Source: a virus (Duplodnaviria; Heunggongvirae; Uroviricota; Caudoviricetes). From it: a stretch of DNA of 14,104 nucleotides. Shown here one piece after another: positions 1 through 8,045 of this stretch. Made by a program: the position numbers and the translations under genes. Numbering within the stretch: the stretch's first letter is position 1; every line of letters begins with the position of its first letter. The stretch lies in the IMG/VR virus record IMGVR_UViG_2667527839_000010; one strand, 5' to 3'. The notes under the pieces are model-generated. The model was not told where the DNA came from. It worked only from the letters and a program-made list of their open reading frames with translations, and searched no databases.

Positions 1-1263
1 ATGAAACTCAACGCTCGCCAGATAGAGACCGCAAAGCCGAAAGAGAAAGCTTATAAAATGGCTGATGGAGGTGGTTTGTATCTTGAGGTCTCCCCTAAAG
101 GTTCTAAGTACTGGCGCATGAAATATCGCCGCCCCTCTGACAAAAAGGAAGATCGACTCGCTTTTGGTGTATACCCGACGGTCACTTTGGCTGAAGCGCG
201 GGGTAAGCGCGATGCAGCAAAGAAATTGTTGTCTCAGGGTATTGACCCCAAAGCTGAGCAAAAGGGGGCACAAGCTGAAATTGAGGGGGCATATTTATTT
301 GAAACTATCGCAAGGCAATGGCACGCAAGTAACCTTACTTGGAGCGAAGATCATAGCCGTCGTGTTCTGCTGACACTTGAGCAGTATATTTTCCCCTCGA
401 TAGGTCAAATCGATGCCAGAACGTTGAGAACCAGCCAGCTTCTCAATCCAATCAAAGCTGTCGATACGGCGGGTAAACATGATGTCGCGCAGCGACTGAT
501 GCAGCGCGTAACCGCAATTATGCGTTTTGGTGTGCAGAATGACCTGCTTGAATCAAATCCTGCATGCGATATGGCTGGAGCGCTTTTAAGCGTTAAAGCA
601 ACCCACCACCCAGCACTACCCCCAAAAAGAATCCCTGAGCTTCTTGAAAGACTATCACGCTATAAAGGGCGACTAATGACACGGCTTGCCGTTGAATTAA
701 CGCTACTCACATTTATACGTTCAAGTGAGATGCGTTTTGCTCGCTGGAGTGAGGTTAACTTTGAACGAAGCGAGTGGACAATACCCGGAATTCGTAAGCC
801 TATTCCCGGCGTAAAACACTCTGAGCGTGGGATGAAGATGAAAACTGAACATATTGTTCCGCTTAGCAAACAAGCATTTGATATTTTTAAACGTTTACAT
901 GCCTTGAGTGGTAAAGGTGAGGTTATATTTCCCAGCGATCATGATCCTAAAAAAGTAATGAGTGAAAATACAGTAAATAACGCCTTACGTGTAATGGGAT
1001 ATGATACGAAAACTGAAGTATGTGGTCATGGGTTTAGAACTATGGCGCGTGGTGCGCTAAGTGAGTCGAAACTATGGAATGATGATGCCATTGAAAGACA
1101 GTTAAGCCACGTTGAACGAAAAAATGTGAAAGGTTCATATATGCATACTTCCGAATATCTTGAAGAAAGAAGATTAATGCTGCAATGGTGGGCTGATTAT
1201 ATTGATGCTAATAAGAATGGATCTGTCACACCATATGATTTTGCGCGTATGCATGGAAAATAA
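1..1263 (+). CDS. int: Tyrosine recombinase, P4-type integrase (complete, 420 aa)
   Basis: ORF begins at window base 1 with N-terminus MKLNARQIETAKPKEKAYKMADGGGLYLEV typical of P4-family integrases; C-terminal catalytic region has HGFRTMARGAL (HxxR) and a downstream Tyr region (GSYMHTSEY). TAA stop at 1261-1263. Nested ORFs 164-373, 295-480, 660-869 are frame shadows. Confidence 0.9.
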   Translation: MKLNARQIETAKPKEKAYKMADGGGLYLEVSPKGSKYWRMKYRRPSDKKEDRLAFGVYPTVTLAEARGKRDAAKKLLSQGIDPKAEQKGAQAEIEGAYLFETIARQWHASNLTWSEDHSRRVLLTLEQYIFPSIGQIDARTLRTSQLLNPIKAVDTAGKHDVAQRLMQRVTAIMRFGVQNDLLESNPACDMAGALLSVKATHHPALPPKRIPELLERLSRYKGRLMTRLAVELTLLTFIRSSEMRFARWSEVNFERSEWTIPGIRKPIPGVKHSERGMKMKTEHIVPLSKQAFDIFKRLHALSGKGEVIFPSDHDPKKVMSENTVNNALRVMGYDTKTEVCGHGFRTMARGALSESKLWNDDAIERQLSHVERKNVKGSYMHTSEYLEERRLMLQWWADYIDANKNGSVTPYDFARMHGK

Positions 1264-1292
1264 TTACCATTGGGGGCTGCGGAGAGATTTAA

Positions 1293-1931
1293 ATGAATAA
1301 TACTCAATTTGATAATAATTTGTTTTATTTTAATAGGTTAACTTACATAACGCCACACGAAGTGGCGCTTGCTATGAATGGTTTTGACTATGATACCGAA
1401 AATGATGAATTGACTGAGGTTCAATTAAAAGAGGTTATTAGATTAAGAAAGGCAATAACCAGAAATCTACAATTAATTAATGAATATAAAAACGTATCCG
1501 CCACGCAAAAAGTGGAGGCGAACTTATTATTAACTGCCGCTTATATCTTTCAGAGGGAAGGTATTGTACCTGTGGAGATTAAGGAGAGAATTGAGAACGC
1601 ATTACGACAACAGGTAAAAAATAAAGATTGGAGTGATATTCTAATGACGTTAGGAGGAAGTGAATTATATGAAGTTGGTAAAAAATTAAGGAGTAATGGT
1701 AGAGGGCAGTACAGAAAAGATGATGAGGATAATTATAGTTGTAAATTAATTTATTTACTAATTGAATTGCTTAAGAGACATGGAAAGGTAAGTTATAGCG
1801 ATAATAGTGTTATATATAATGATATTGTTTCTTTTTGTAATGAGAATGAGATTCTAATGAAAGGGGTTAAAAAAGCTACGTTTTATAAGAAAATAAAGCT
1901 GGGGAAAGACATTATAAAATACGGAGAGTAA
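1293..1931 (+). CDS. Hypothetical protein (212 aa), AT-rich, no recognisable motif; candidate accessory gene
   Basis: ATG at 1293 preceded by GGAGAG (1281-1286, 6 nt spacing). Strongly AT-rich and Lys/Asn/Ile-rich compared with flanking int and alpA, suggesting separate acquisition. No family assigned from sequence. Confidence 0.55.
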   Translation: MNNTQFDNNLFYFNRLTYITPHEVALAMNGFDYDTENDELTEVQLKEVIRLRKAITRNLQLINEYKNVSATQKVEANLLLTAAYIFQREGIVPVEIKERIENALRQQVKNKDWSDILMTLGGSELYEVGKKLRSNGRGQYRKDDEDNYSCKLIYLLIELLKRHGKVSYSDNSVIYNDIVSFCNENEILMKGVKKATFYKKIKLGKDIIKYGE

Positions 1932-1996
1932 ATTTATTAATTTTCTGGCTATCTCTCAATAGAAGGGCCACAAGAGGCTCTAACGGGCTATAGGGG

Positions 1997-2044
1997 GTAA
2001 TACGATGTAATATGGTGTAATACTGTGCTAATTCCTAGGTAATA
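1997..2044. repeat. Helically phased GTAATA direct repeats (3 copies at exact 10-bp spacing plus a 4th)
   Basis: GTAATA at 1997, 2007, 2017 and 2039 (gtaatacgat / gtaatatggt / gtaatactgt ... gtaatatgaa), in the intergenic region between the AT-rich ORF and alpA. Confidence 0.35.
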
Positions 2045-2307
2045 TGAATCGTTAAAATGCAATAATACCTTTTGACATATGATTTTTTGATTTTCCATCC
2101 TATCCATATGAATTCTATTGATTTTATTTTTTTTGTGCATTTCCTTCTCTCCGTGTTCTTTCATATGAATATTACTTCTTTTTTCAGTGGAGATTATTGT
2201 TTTTCAATAGAATCAATATTTGTCTTAATAGATTCCATTATCACTAGAATCACTTTTTCCCAGTGTTTAAAGTCACCGTGAACTTAAGTAGAACACGGAG
2301 TAACAAG

Positions 2308-2538
2308 ATGGAATATGCAAACAGCTTTTCAGATAATCAGACTCTTATCTCAGCAAAAGAGGTCTTAAGACGCGTTCAGCGTAGCAAGGCATGGCTTTAC
2401 AAACAGCTTGCAAACAATACATTTCCCCGTCCGGTGAAAATAGGAACTCGTGCAATTTCATTTGTTGAAAGCGAAGTTGATCACTGGATTCAAGAGCAAA
2501 TATATGCCTCTCGTGGTGAGCGATATGAAAATCACTAA
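2308..2538 (+). CDS. alpA: AlpA/Vis-family small DNA-binding regulator (excisionase-like), 76 aa
   Basis: MEYANSFSDNQTLISAKEVLRRVQRSKAWLYKQLANNTFPRPVKIGTRAISFVESEVDHWIQEQI matches the AlpA/Vis HTH pattern. ATG 2308 preceded by ACGGAG (2295-2300). The ORF track start at 2263 lacks an RBS and lies in AT-rich promoter DNA. Confidence 0.8.
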   Translation: MEYANSFSDNQTLISAKEVLRRVQRSKAWLYKQLANNTFPRPVKIGTRAISFVESEVDHWIQEQIYASRGERYENH

Positions 2539-2543
2539 TAAAA

Positions 2544-2571
2544 AAGCCCGACATAATGAATTTGTGGGCTT
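2544..2571. terminator. Hairpin between convergent alpA and the RHH gene, flanked by A/T runs
   Basis: aagccc (2544-2549) pairs with gggctt (2566-2571), with partial extension; the A-run at 2538-2543 reads as a T-run on the minus strand, so it most plausibly terminates the minus-strand RHH transcript. Confidence 0.4.
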
Positions 2572-2634
2572 AAAAATATTGTCGCTTACTGAAATTAACA
2601 TGGAAACAGAGAGAACGTCTGTTGGCTTCTCTAT

Positions 2635-2820
2635 TCAACTTCCTTGCTCTGGCTTATTTTTCCTGCGCTGTCGGCGTTTAATCTCGCCTTTTACAGCCGT
2701 AACAATGAATTGCGCTTTCGTTTCTCCATCTTCAAGGTTGCTTTCTAATTCTGCAACTACATCATGTGGGAAACGAGCATTAAGTTGCTGCGACTTGTTG
2801 TTAGTTGAACTCGTTGCCAT
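2635..2820 (-). CDS. Small ribbon-helix-helix (Arc/MetJ/CopG-like) DNA-binding protein, 61 aa
   Basis: MATSSTNNKSQQLNARFPHDVVAELESNLEDGETKAQFIVTAVKGEIKRRQRRKNK: short beta-strand (LNARFPHDVV) followed by two helices, basic tail. Strong SD on minus strand (AGGAG, 8 nt before ATG at 2820). Confidence 0.55.
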   Translation of the reverse strand: MATSSTNNKSQQLNARFPHDVVAELESNLEDGETKAQFIVTAVKGEIKRRQRRKNKPEQGS

Positions 2821-2841
2821 TACTGGATCTCCTCGCGTTAG

Positions 2842-2931
2842 GTGCGATTCAGTATATGCAAAAAAAATGATAATAAAAAGCTTGAAGTGCGATTCACTTA
2901 AGGGTAGCTTTAAAATTAAAGGTGCGATTCA
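2842..2931 (+). promoter_or_regulatory. Three direct repeats of GTGCGATTCA in the divergent promoter region (putative operator/iteron)
   Basis: GTGCGATTCA at 2842-2851, 2887-2896 and 2922-2931 (extended consensus aGGTGCGATTCAc), 22-110 bp upstream of the RHH start and upstream of the early operon. Confidence 0.5.
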
Positions 2932-3007
2932 CCTTGTGAGTGCGAAGCCCGACAGTGCAGCAACACTAACCGGGCTTCTGACCAATCCGCTAAATGAGGT
3001 AACGAAG

Positions 3008-3184
3008 ATGGCTAAACAGAAGTGTACCTGGTTATTTGCGGCGATCAACCGCAGTCAACGCAATGCCCGTCCTGTGATGTTAAGGATCACCGCAGATAAC
3101 GAGCGGTCAGCGCGGCGCAGACTTGCCCCGGACTATGTACTGAGCTTTGCCGGGCGCATTCCCTGCGGAGGTGAACATGCGTAA
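3008..3184 (+). CDS. Possible small leader ORF (58 aa) of the early operon
   Basis: ATG 3008 with GAGG at 2996-2999; its stop (TAA 3182-3184) overlaps the next start (ATG 3177), suggesting coupling. This is the only credible part of ORF-track 2450-3184, which is otherwise antisense to the RHH gene. No motif recognised. Confidence 0.3.
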   Translation: MAKQKCTWLFAAINRSQRNARPVMLRITADNERSARRRLAPDYVLSFAGRIPCGGEHA

Positions 3185-3536
3185 TTATCCGCACCCCGGC
3201 GAACGCTGGCAGCATGAACGTGGCTGGACGGTCACGATTATCCGATTAATAGAAGCCTCGCCCTCTGTGGCGCTGGTTAATCCTGAATTCAGCTGTGAAG
3301 TGCTGATACGTCATGACAGCGACAACCAGCTTTCTTCCTGCCCTCTGGCATGGTTTGAACAGCGGTATACGCGCCTGTTTGATGTACCGCTCTTGAAGCC
3401 TGCACCAGCTCCTGCTGGCGGTAGTGGTTCCGGCCCGCTGACACTGCATCCGTCTGTGCTATTTATCCGCTGGCGGGAGCGTAGCATACGGCGTTCTGCT
3501 GAGCCTGACGACGGTCACTATTCAAAGTTTCTCTGA
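3177..3536 (+). CDS. Hypothetical protein (119 aa), early operon
   Basis: ATG 3177 preceded by GGAGGTG (3167-3173). The track start at 3147 is a TTG without RBS. No family assigned. Confidence 0.6.
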   Translation: MRNYPHPGERWQHERGWTVTIIRLIEASPSVALVNPEFSCEVLIRHDSDNQLSSCPLAWFEQRYTRLFDVPLLKPAPAPAGGSGSGPLTLHPSVLFIRWRERSIRRSAEPDDGHYSKFL

Positions 3537-3567
3537 CAAAATACCGCTGAAAACGGAGTAATCCACG

Positions 3568-3852
3568 ATGAATATTTCAAACGGGCACAACGGTGCTCAG
3601 GGCCACACTTTGCCTGAAAAACACAATACCGGTGCTTTTGCCTATGGGTTGTCAGAGGACAGTTTCGGAAAACTGACCCGCGCAAGAAATGCCTGCGACA
3701 TGCTCCAGCTTCTCTTTTCTGAATACCCGTCTCAGGCCGGAGCACTGGACGCTGGCTGTGCGCATGGTGTCGCCGCGCTGATGGAGTACCTGCTGGCAGA
3801 TTTGACGGATATTGCACACAGCTGCGCACTGATTGAAGGAGGTGCCAGATGA
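3568..3852 (+). CDS. Hypothetical protein (94 aa), early operon
   Basis: ATG 3568 with GGAG at 3555-3558; stop overlaps the next start (ATGA at 3849-3852). Confidence 0.65.
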   Translation: MNISNGHNGAQGHTLPEKHNTGAFAYGLSEDSFGKLTRARNACDMLQLLFSEYPSQAGALDAGCAHGVAALMEYLLADLTDIAHSCALIEGGAR

Positions 3853-4232
3853 ACCAGCCGCAGGTTTCCATTTTCCCGGCAGAAATGACCACCGCGCTTT
3901 ACCGGCGGGCTATTGCTTCAGCATGGCGGCAGAAAATGCTGAACGAAACTGGCAGTGATCAGTATGGTCCTCACAGCCTGACGGTGGAGCGTATTGAAAT
4001 GGCCATTGCGCTGCATATCGAGTGCGTACTGATTAACGAGTACGGCGAAGCACAGGGCGCCGCTGCCGCGCTGGCACTGCTGACTGACATGCTGGAGCCG
4101 TCACTGCTGACCGCGCCGCCGGTACTGACCGCGCGCGGCTGTGAAGTGATGGCGGAGATGTACCGCACGCTTCCGGCGGCCTTTGATGACTTCTGCAGTA
4201 CCGGTGTGACGTTGTATCAGGGGGAAGTATGA
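3849..4232 (+). CDS. Hypothetical protein (127 aa), early operon immediately upstream of the primase
   Basis: ATG 3849 preceded by AGGAGG; stop overlaps the primase start (ATGA at 4229-4232). Confidence 0.65.
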   Translation: MNQPQVSIFPAEMTTALYRRAIASAWRQKMLNETGSDQYGPHSLTVERIEMAIALHIECVLINEYGEAQGAAAALALLTDMLEPSLLTAPPVLTARGCEVMAEMYRTLPAAFDDFCSTGVTLYQGEV

Positions 4233-6901
4233 CAATACAGACGGTTACGCAGATTTCAGCTGCCGCACGGGGGAAATGGCCCGTTATTCTCCAGATGCTG
4301 CGTATTGATGTACCTGAAAACGGCAGGCACGGTCCCTGCCCGAAATGTGGGGGCAAGGATCGTTTTCGCCTTGATGACCTTGACGGGCGCGGGACGTGGA
4401 TCTGCAGCCAGTGTGGCAATGGTGACGGTCTGGATCTGGTTAAGCTCGTAACCGGTTACAGCGTCAGAAAGGCTGCGCAGGAGGTGGCGCAGGTGCTTAA
4501 TGTGCCGGATGTGCAGGAACTGCCTGTTAAGCCTGCCAGACAAAAAGCCCCTAAACGCGACATGGGGCTTACCGTGGCGGCGCTGATGAAAGAGAGCCAC
4601 ACGGGAGAAAGCGCCTATCTGACAGGAAAAGGGTTCGCCGGATACCCGGCCTCTCTGACCGGAAGCGTGCAGCATATCAGCGGTAAGGATTTTCCTGCCG
4701 GTTCCCTGCTGTTACCACTCACGACCAACACCGGAGCCGTGACTGGTGCACAGCTTATCGCCCCGACGGGTGAAAAAAGCATACTGCCCGGCAGCACGAT
4801 GAAAGGCGCGTTTGTGTCGCTCAGCCCGTTACCGTCTGAACCACCGGTACAGGTGGTGATTACCGAAGGTTACGCTACGGCGCTGACGGTAAGTCAGCTC
4901 ACTGCCGGATGCGTAGTGGCTGCCATATCTGCGGGCAACCTGCCCAATGTGGCGCAGTCGCTGCGGGCACGCTGGCCTGAGGTAAAAATTATCATCGCCG
5001 GTGATAACGATTTTCAGGACGGAGGTGAGAATCCCGGCAGAGCCTTTGCTGAACGGGCGGCAAAAGCTGTTGGCGGCTGGATGACGCTGCCACCGGGAGA
5101 GATTAAGGCCGACTGGAATGACTTCCATCGGGAGCACGGTATTACCCGCGCCCGTGAAGCCTTTCGTAACGGTCTGGTGCTGTGCGGGGAGGGCCGCACG
5201 CAACTGCCGCACGGGTTCCGTCTTACCCAGGAATATCTCTGGTATGAAAAGCAGGTACAGCGCAACGGTGAGACGGAGATCCAGAACGTCAAAATATGCA
5301 GCCCGCTGCGCGTGACGGCAATCACCTGCGATGCCGATGGCGGTAACTTCGGACGACTGCTGGAATGGGAAGATACGTGGGGTGAGTGTCGCCGCTGGGC
5401 GATGCCGATGGAAATGCTGAGCGGCAGTGGTGAGGAACTGCGCCGGGTACTGCTGGTTAACGGGCTGTCTTATATCAGCACCACCGGTGAGGCACGCGCA
5501 CGCCTGATGGAATATATCTCACTGTGTAAACCGGAACGCCGCGTGACCTGCGTCAGTCGTACTGGCTGGCATGGTCAGGTTTACGTCCTGCAGGATGAGG
5601 TCAGCGGTGAAGGTGCAGAGGGTGTCATTCTCCAGACCACTTCCGTGCAGGGGCGTGATTTCCGCGTGTCGGGCACAACAGAGGAATGGCGGGAGCATGT
5701 ATCCCGCTACTGTACCGGCAACTCCCGCGTGGCATTTGCTGTCAGCCTGGCCTTTGCTGCACCACTGTTACGGCTGGTTGGTATGGACGGCGGCGGCTAC
5801 CACCTCAAAGGGGAATCGACAGACGGTAAGACCACCACCATGAAAGCAGCAACCTCCGTCTGCGGCGGGCCTGACTACTGGCAGACATGGCGGGCCACCG
5901 GCAACGCGCTGGAGGGATGCGCCAGCCGCCGCAACGATGCCGCCATGATGCTTGATGAGATCCGGGAAGTTGACGGACGCGAGGCAGGCAATATCGCCTA
6001 CATGCTGGCAAACGGTCAGGGCAAGGGCCGTGCCGGTACGGACGGTGAGCTGCGTACCCGTAAGCAGTGGCGCCTGTTGTTCTTTTCAACTGGCGAGTTG
6101 TCTCTGACCGAACATGCGGCAAAGGCCGGTGAGCGTACTTTTGCCGGGATGGAAGTCAGGATGATCCAGATCCCCAGCGATTCCGGGAAGTTTGGCGTTT
6201 TTGAGGAGCTGCACGGCTTCGACAGCGGCAAGGCTCTGGCAGAGCATCTTGAATGGGCCACGTCCTGCTACTACGGTTCGCCGTTCCGGGAGTGGCTGAA
6301 AGCACTGACCGCTGATCTTAACGGACTAACGGCACAGGCAAAATCGCTGATGAAGGAATATGCTGCCGCCCTGACTCCGAAAGATGCAGGCAATCAGGTG
6401 GGCCGGGCTGTGAACCGCTTTGCTCTGGTGGCGATGGCAGGTGAACTGGCAACCCGTCTGGGTATCACCGGCTGGCCTGAGGGTGAAGCACTGCGGGCAA
6501 CCCGCGTCTGCCTGAACGCATGGCTGAAAGATCGCGGGCACACCGCCAATCAGGAAGATATCGCCGCACTGGAGCAGGTTCGCAGTTTCTTTACCGCGAA
6601 TCAGTACAGCCGCTTTGCAGACTGGTATGACGAGCGCAACCGCCCCGGCAATATGGTGGGCTGGCGCAGGGTGGAGAAAGGCAGTACCGCGCAGGGCACG
6701 GAAGCTGTCACTACGTTCTATGTCATGCCGTCCGGCTGGAAAGAAATCTGCAGGGGATTTGACCCGCGCAAGGTGGCGCGTCTGTGCGCAGATCGTGGAT
6801 ACCTGCTGCCCTCCACTGATGGCAAACTCCAGACAACCATTCGCCCGCCAGAGATGAATCCCCGCAGGCTCTATGTCTTCAACAGCGAGGTGCCGGGTTA
6901 A
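4229..6901 (+). CDS. Replication primase-helicase, P4 alpha-like (zinc ribbon + TOPRIM + Walker A/B NTPase), 890 aa
   Basis: N-terminal CPKCGGKDRF...WICSQCG (CxxC..CxxC); TOPRIM-like VVITEGYATALTV and IIIAGDNDFQDGG; Walker A HLKGESTDGKTTTM and Walker B-like MMLDEIREV. Uniform coding-like composition over 2.7 kb; internal antisense ORFs are shadows. Confidence 0.9.
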   Translation: MTIQTVTQISAAARGKWPVILQMLRIDVPENGRHGPCPKCGGKDRFRLDDLDGRGTWICSQCGNGDGLDLVKLVTGYSVRKAAQEVAQVLNVPDVQELPVKPARQKAPKRDMGLTVAALMKESHTGESAYLTGKGFAGYPASLTGSVQHISGKDFPAGSLLLPLTTNTGAVTGAQLIAPTGEKSILPGSTMKGAFVSLSPLPSEPPVQVVITEGYATALTVSQLTAGCVVAAISAGNLPNVAQSLRARWPEVKIIIAGDNDFQDGGENPGRAFAERAAKAVGGWMTLPPGEIKADWNDFHREHGITRAREAFRNGLVLCGEGRTQLPHGFRLTQEYLWYEKQVQRNGETEIQNVKICSPLRVTAITCDADGGNFGRLLEWEDTWGECRRWAMPMEMLSGSGEELRRVLLVNGLSYISTTGEARARLMEYISLCKPERRVTCVSRTGWHGQVYVLQDEVSGEGAEGVILQTTSVQGRDFRVSGTTEEWREHVSRYCTGNSRVAFAVSLAFAAPLLRLVGMDGGGYHLKGESTDGKTTTMKAATSVCGGPDYWQTWRATGNALEGCASRRNDAAMMLDEIREVDGREAGNIAYMLANGQGKGRAGTDGELRTRKQWRLLFFSTGELSLTEHAAKAGERTFAGMEVRMIQIPSDSGKFGVFEELHGFDSGKALAEHLEWATSCYYGSPFREWLKALTADLNGLTAQAKSLMKEYAAALTPKDAGNQVGRAVNRFALVAMAGELATRLGITGWPEGEALRATRVCLNAWLKDRGHTANQEDIAALEQVRSFFTANQYSRFADWYDERNRPGNMVGWRRVEKGSTAQGTEAVTTFYVMPSGWKEICRGFDPRKVARLCADRGYLLPSTDGKLQTTIRPPEMNPRRLYVFNSEVPG

Positions 6902-6933
6902 GGCTTTGCGTGAGTCTTATTTATTAAGGGTAA

Positions 6934-7123
6934 CAGGTGAAACAGGTGGAACAACCGTATTTTACAGGGCTGAACCTGTTCCACCTTCTGAAATAGTGAG
7001 GTGGAACAGATGTAACGCCAGCCAATCCGCTGTTCCACCTTGTTACCCGCGATGTTCCACCGGTGCAGTGTATATAAATGCCTTATAAAACAAAGCTGTA
7101 ACACATGTTTCATCTGTTCCACC
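6934..7123. repeat. Iteron cluster: six perfect copies of TGTTCCACC in both orientations (putative ori/crr for the primase-helicase)
   Basis: TGTTCCACC at 6977-6985, 7031-7039, 7053-7061, 7115-7123; its complement GGTGGAACA at 6945-6953 and 7000-7008; degenerate copies at 6934-6944 and 7041-7048. Lies immediately 3' of the primase gene. Confidence 0.6.
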
Positions 7124-7211
7124 GCATCAGGGACATAAAGCAGACTGAAACAGAGGGCATTTTTATCTGGCTGGCTTTCATAGCCACGTCTGAATAACCG
7201 CAAGCGTCCGT

Positions 7212-7267
7212 TGTGCCAGCCACCACACACTGAGCACCGGTAGTGTGCTTGTGTCAGCCACGACACA
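7212..7267 (+). promoter_or_regulatory. Two tandem TGT-N12-ACA dyads upstream of the late operon (Ogr/Delta-type activator site candidates)
   Basis: TGT(7212-7214)-N12-ACA(7227-7229) and TGT(7250-7252)-N12-ACA(7265-7267), within 20-bp direct repeats ttgtgCcagccacCacacaC / ttgtgTcagccacGacacaA (17/20 identical), 35-90 bp upstream of the Sid-like start. Confidence 0.4.
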
Positions 7268-7301
7268 ATTGACGTAACGAACTAACCCGACAGGAGAAGT
7301 C

Positions 7302-8045
7302 ATGAACAACACCGCAGTGAATAACAACCTTTCCACTTTTCCGGCTGTAACGCAGCGGGCACTGGAAACCATGAACACAGCCAGAAACGCATGGCTTGAA
7401 GCACGTCGTCAGCAGAAAGCGGCAGCGGATAATATTGCGACAATCCGCCAGCGTCGCGCTGAAATGGAAGCCACGACGAACACACTGAATGAGGAGTGGC
7501 GCACGCTGTTTCGTGAAAGTCAGGGCGTGGTCTCAAAGGAAATGAAAAAACTGCGCACGGAAATTGCGCTGGGACGAGAAACGCTTGAGGATTTTGATGA
7601 GCTGCTGGCGGCTCAGGAAAGCGAAAATGCACTTTTGCCGCAGAAAGCTGCAGAATTAGCCGGAAAGTATATCCACGCGCATAACATTCTTGTGGATATT
7701 CGCGCAAAACAAATCTGGGAGGATTTTATGCAGTCGCATGGAAAAGCGCTTATTCAGACGCTGAGCCTGCTTAAATCCACAATGGGCCGGGAAGCCAGTG
7801 CCGTTGTGGGTGTGGTGAATTCAGTTAATGACCCGGACACAGTGCTGAAAGACTTTATTCATAAACATATCACCAGACCGGCTCTGGCTAACGATGCGAT
7901 GCCTGAGCAGGACCCGGTGTTTAAACTGGCGGGAGTTGCCCCGGATTATGCGGCGCGTCTGGATTTCAGTAATCAACTCTCTCCGGCAGCTATGCATAAA
8001 ATTAAGGTTCGTCAGGAACTTGCTGAGAAGGAGAAAGCAGTATGA
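7302..8045 (+). CDS. sid: Sid-like (P4 external scaffold / size-determination family), 247 aa
   Basis: ATG 7302 with AGGAG at 7292-7296. Size close to P4 Sid; shares N-terminal and central motifs with the Psu-like gene that follows (NAWLEARRQQKAA..., EDFMQSHGKALIQTL), consistent with the Sid/Psu paralogy. Family assignment is from remembered motifs and context, not alignment. Confidence 0.55.
   Translation: MNNTAVNNNLSTFPAVTQRALETMNTARNAWLEARRQQKAAADNIATIRQRRAEMEATTNTLNEEWRTLFRESQGVVSKEMKKLRTEIALGRETLEDFDELLAAQESENALLPQKAAELAGKYIHAHNILVDIRAKQIWEDFMQSHGKALIQTLSLLKSTMGREASAVVGVVNSVNDPDTVLKDFIHKHITRPALANDAMPEQDPVFKLAGVAPDYAARLDFSNQLSPAAMHKIKVRQELAEKEKAV

Noticed and set aside
2072-2281. 69-aa ORF in the AT-rich region upstream of alpA
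   Set aside because: Low-complexity hydrophobic translation of AT-rich promoter DNA with no RBS; it overlaps the repeat boxes.
2842-2931. GTGCGATTCA repeats as P4-style seqA/seqC targets of an antisense immunity RNA
   Set aside because: No complementary copy (TGAATCGCAC) was seen in the neighbouring sequence on visual scan; protein binding is the more likely role.
2450-3184. 244-aa plus-strand ORF spanning the alpA 3' end, the RHH gene (antisense) and the divergent promoter
   Set aside because: It runs antisense through a better-supported gene and through intergenic repeats, and has no RBS at its start; only its last 58 codons (3008-3184) were kept as a low-confidence small ORF.
4033-6541. 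Multiple minus-strand ORFs (60-139 aa) nested in the primase gene
   Set aside because: They are frame shadows of a long, well-supported GC-rich coding region, with no independent signals.
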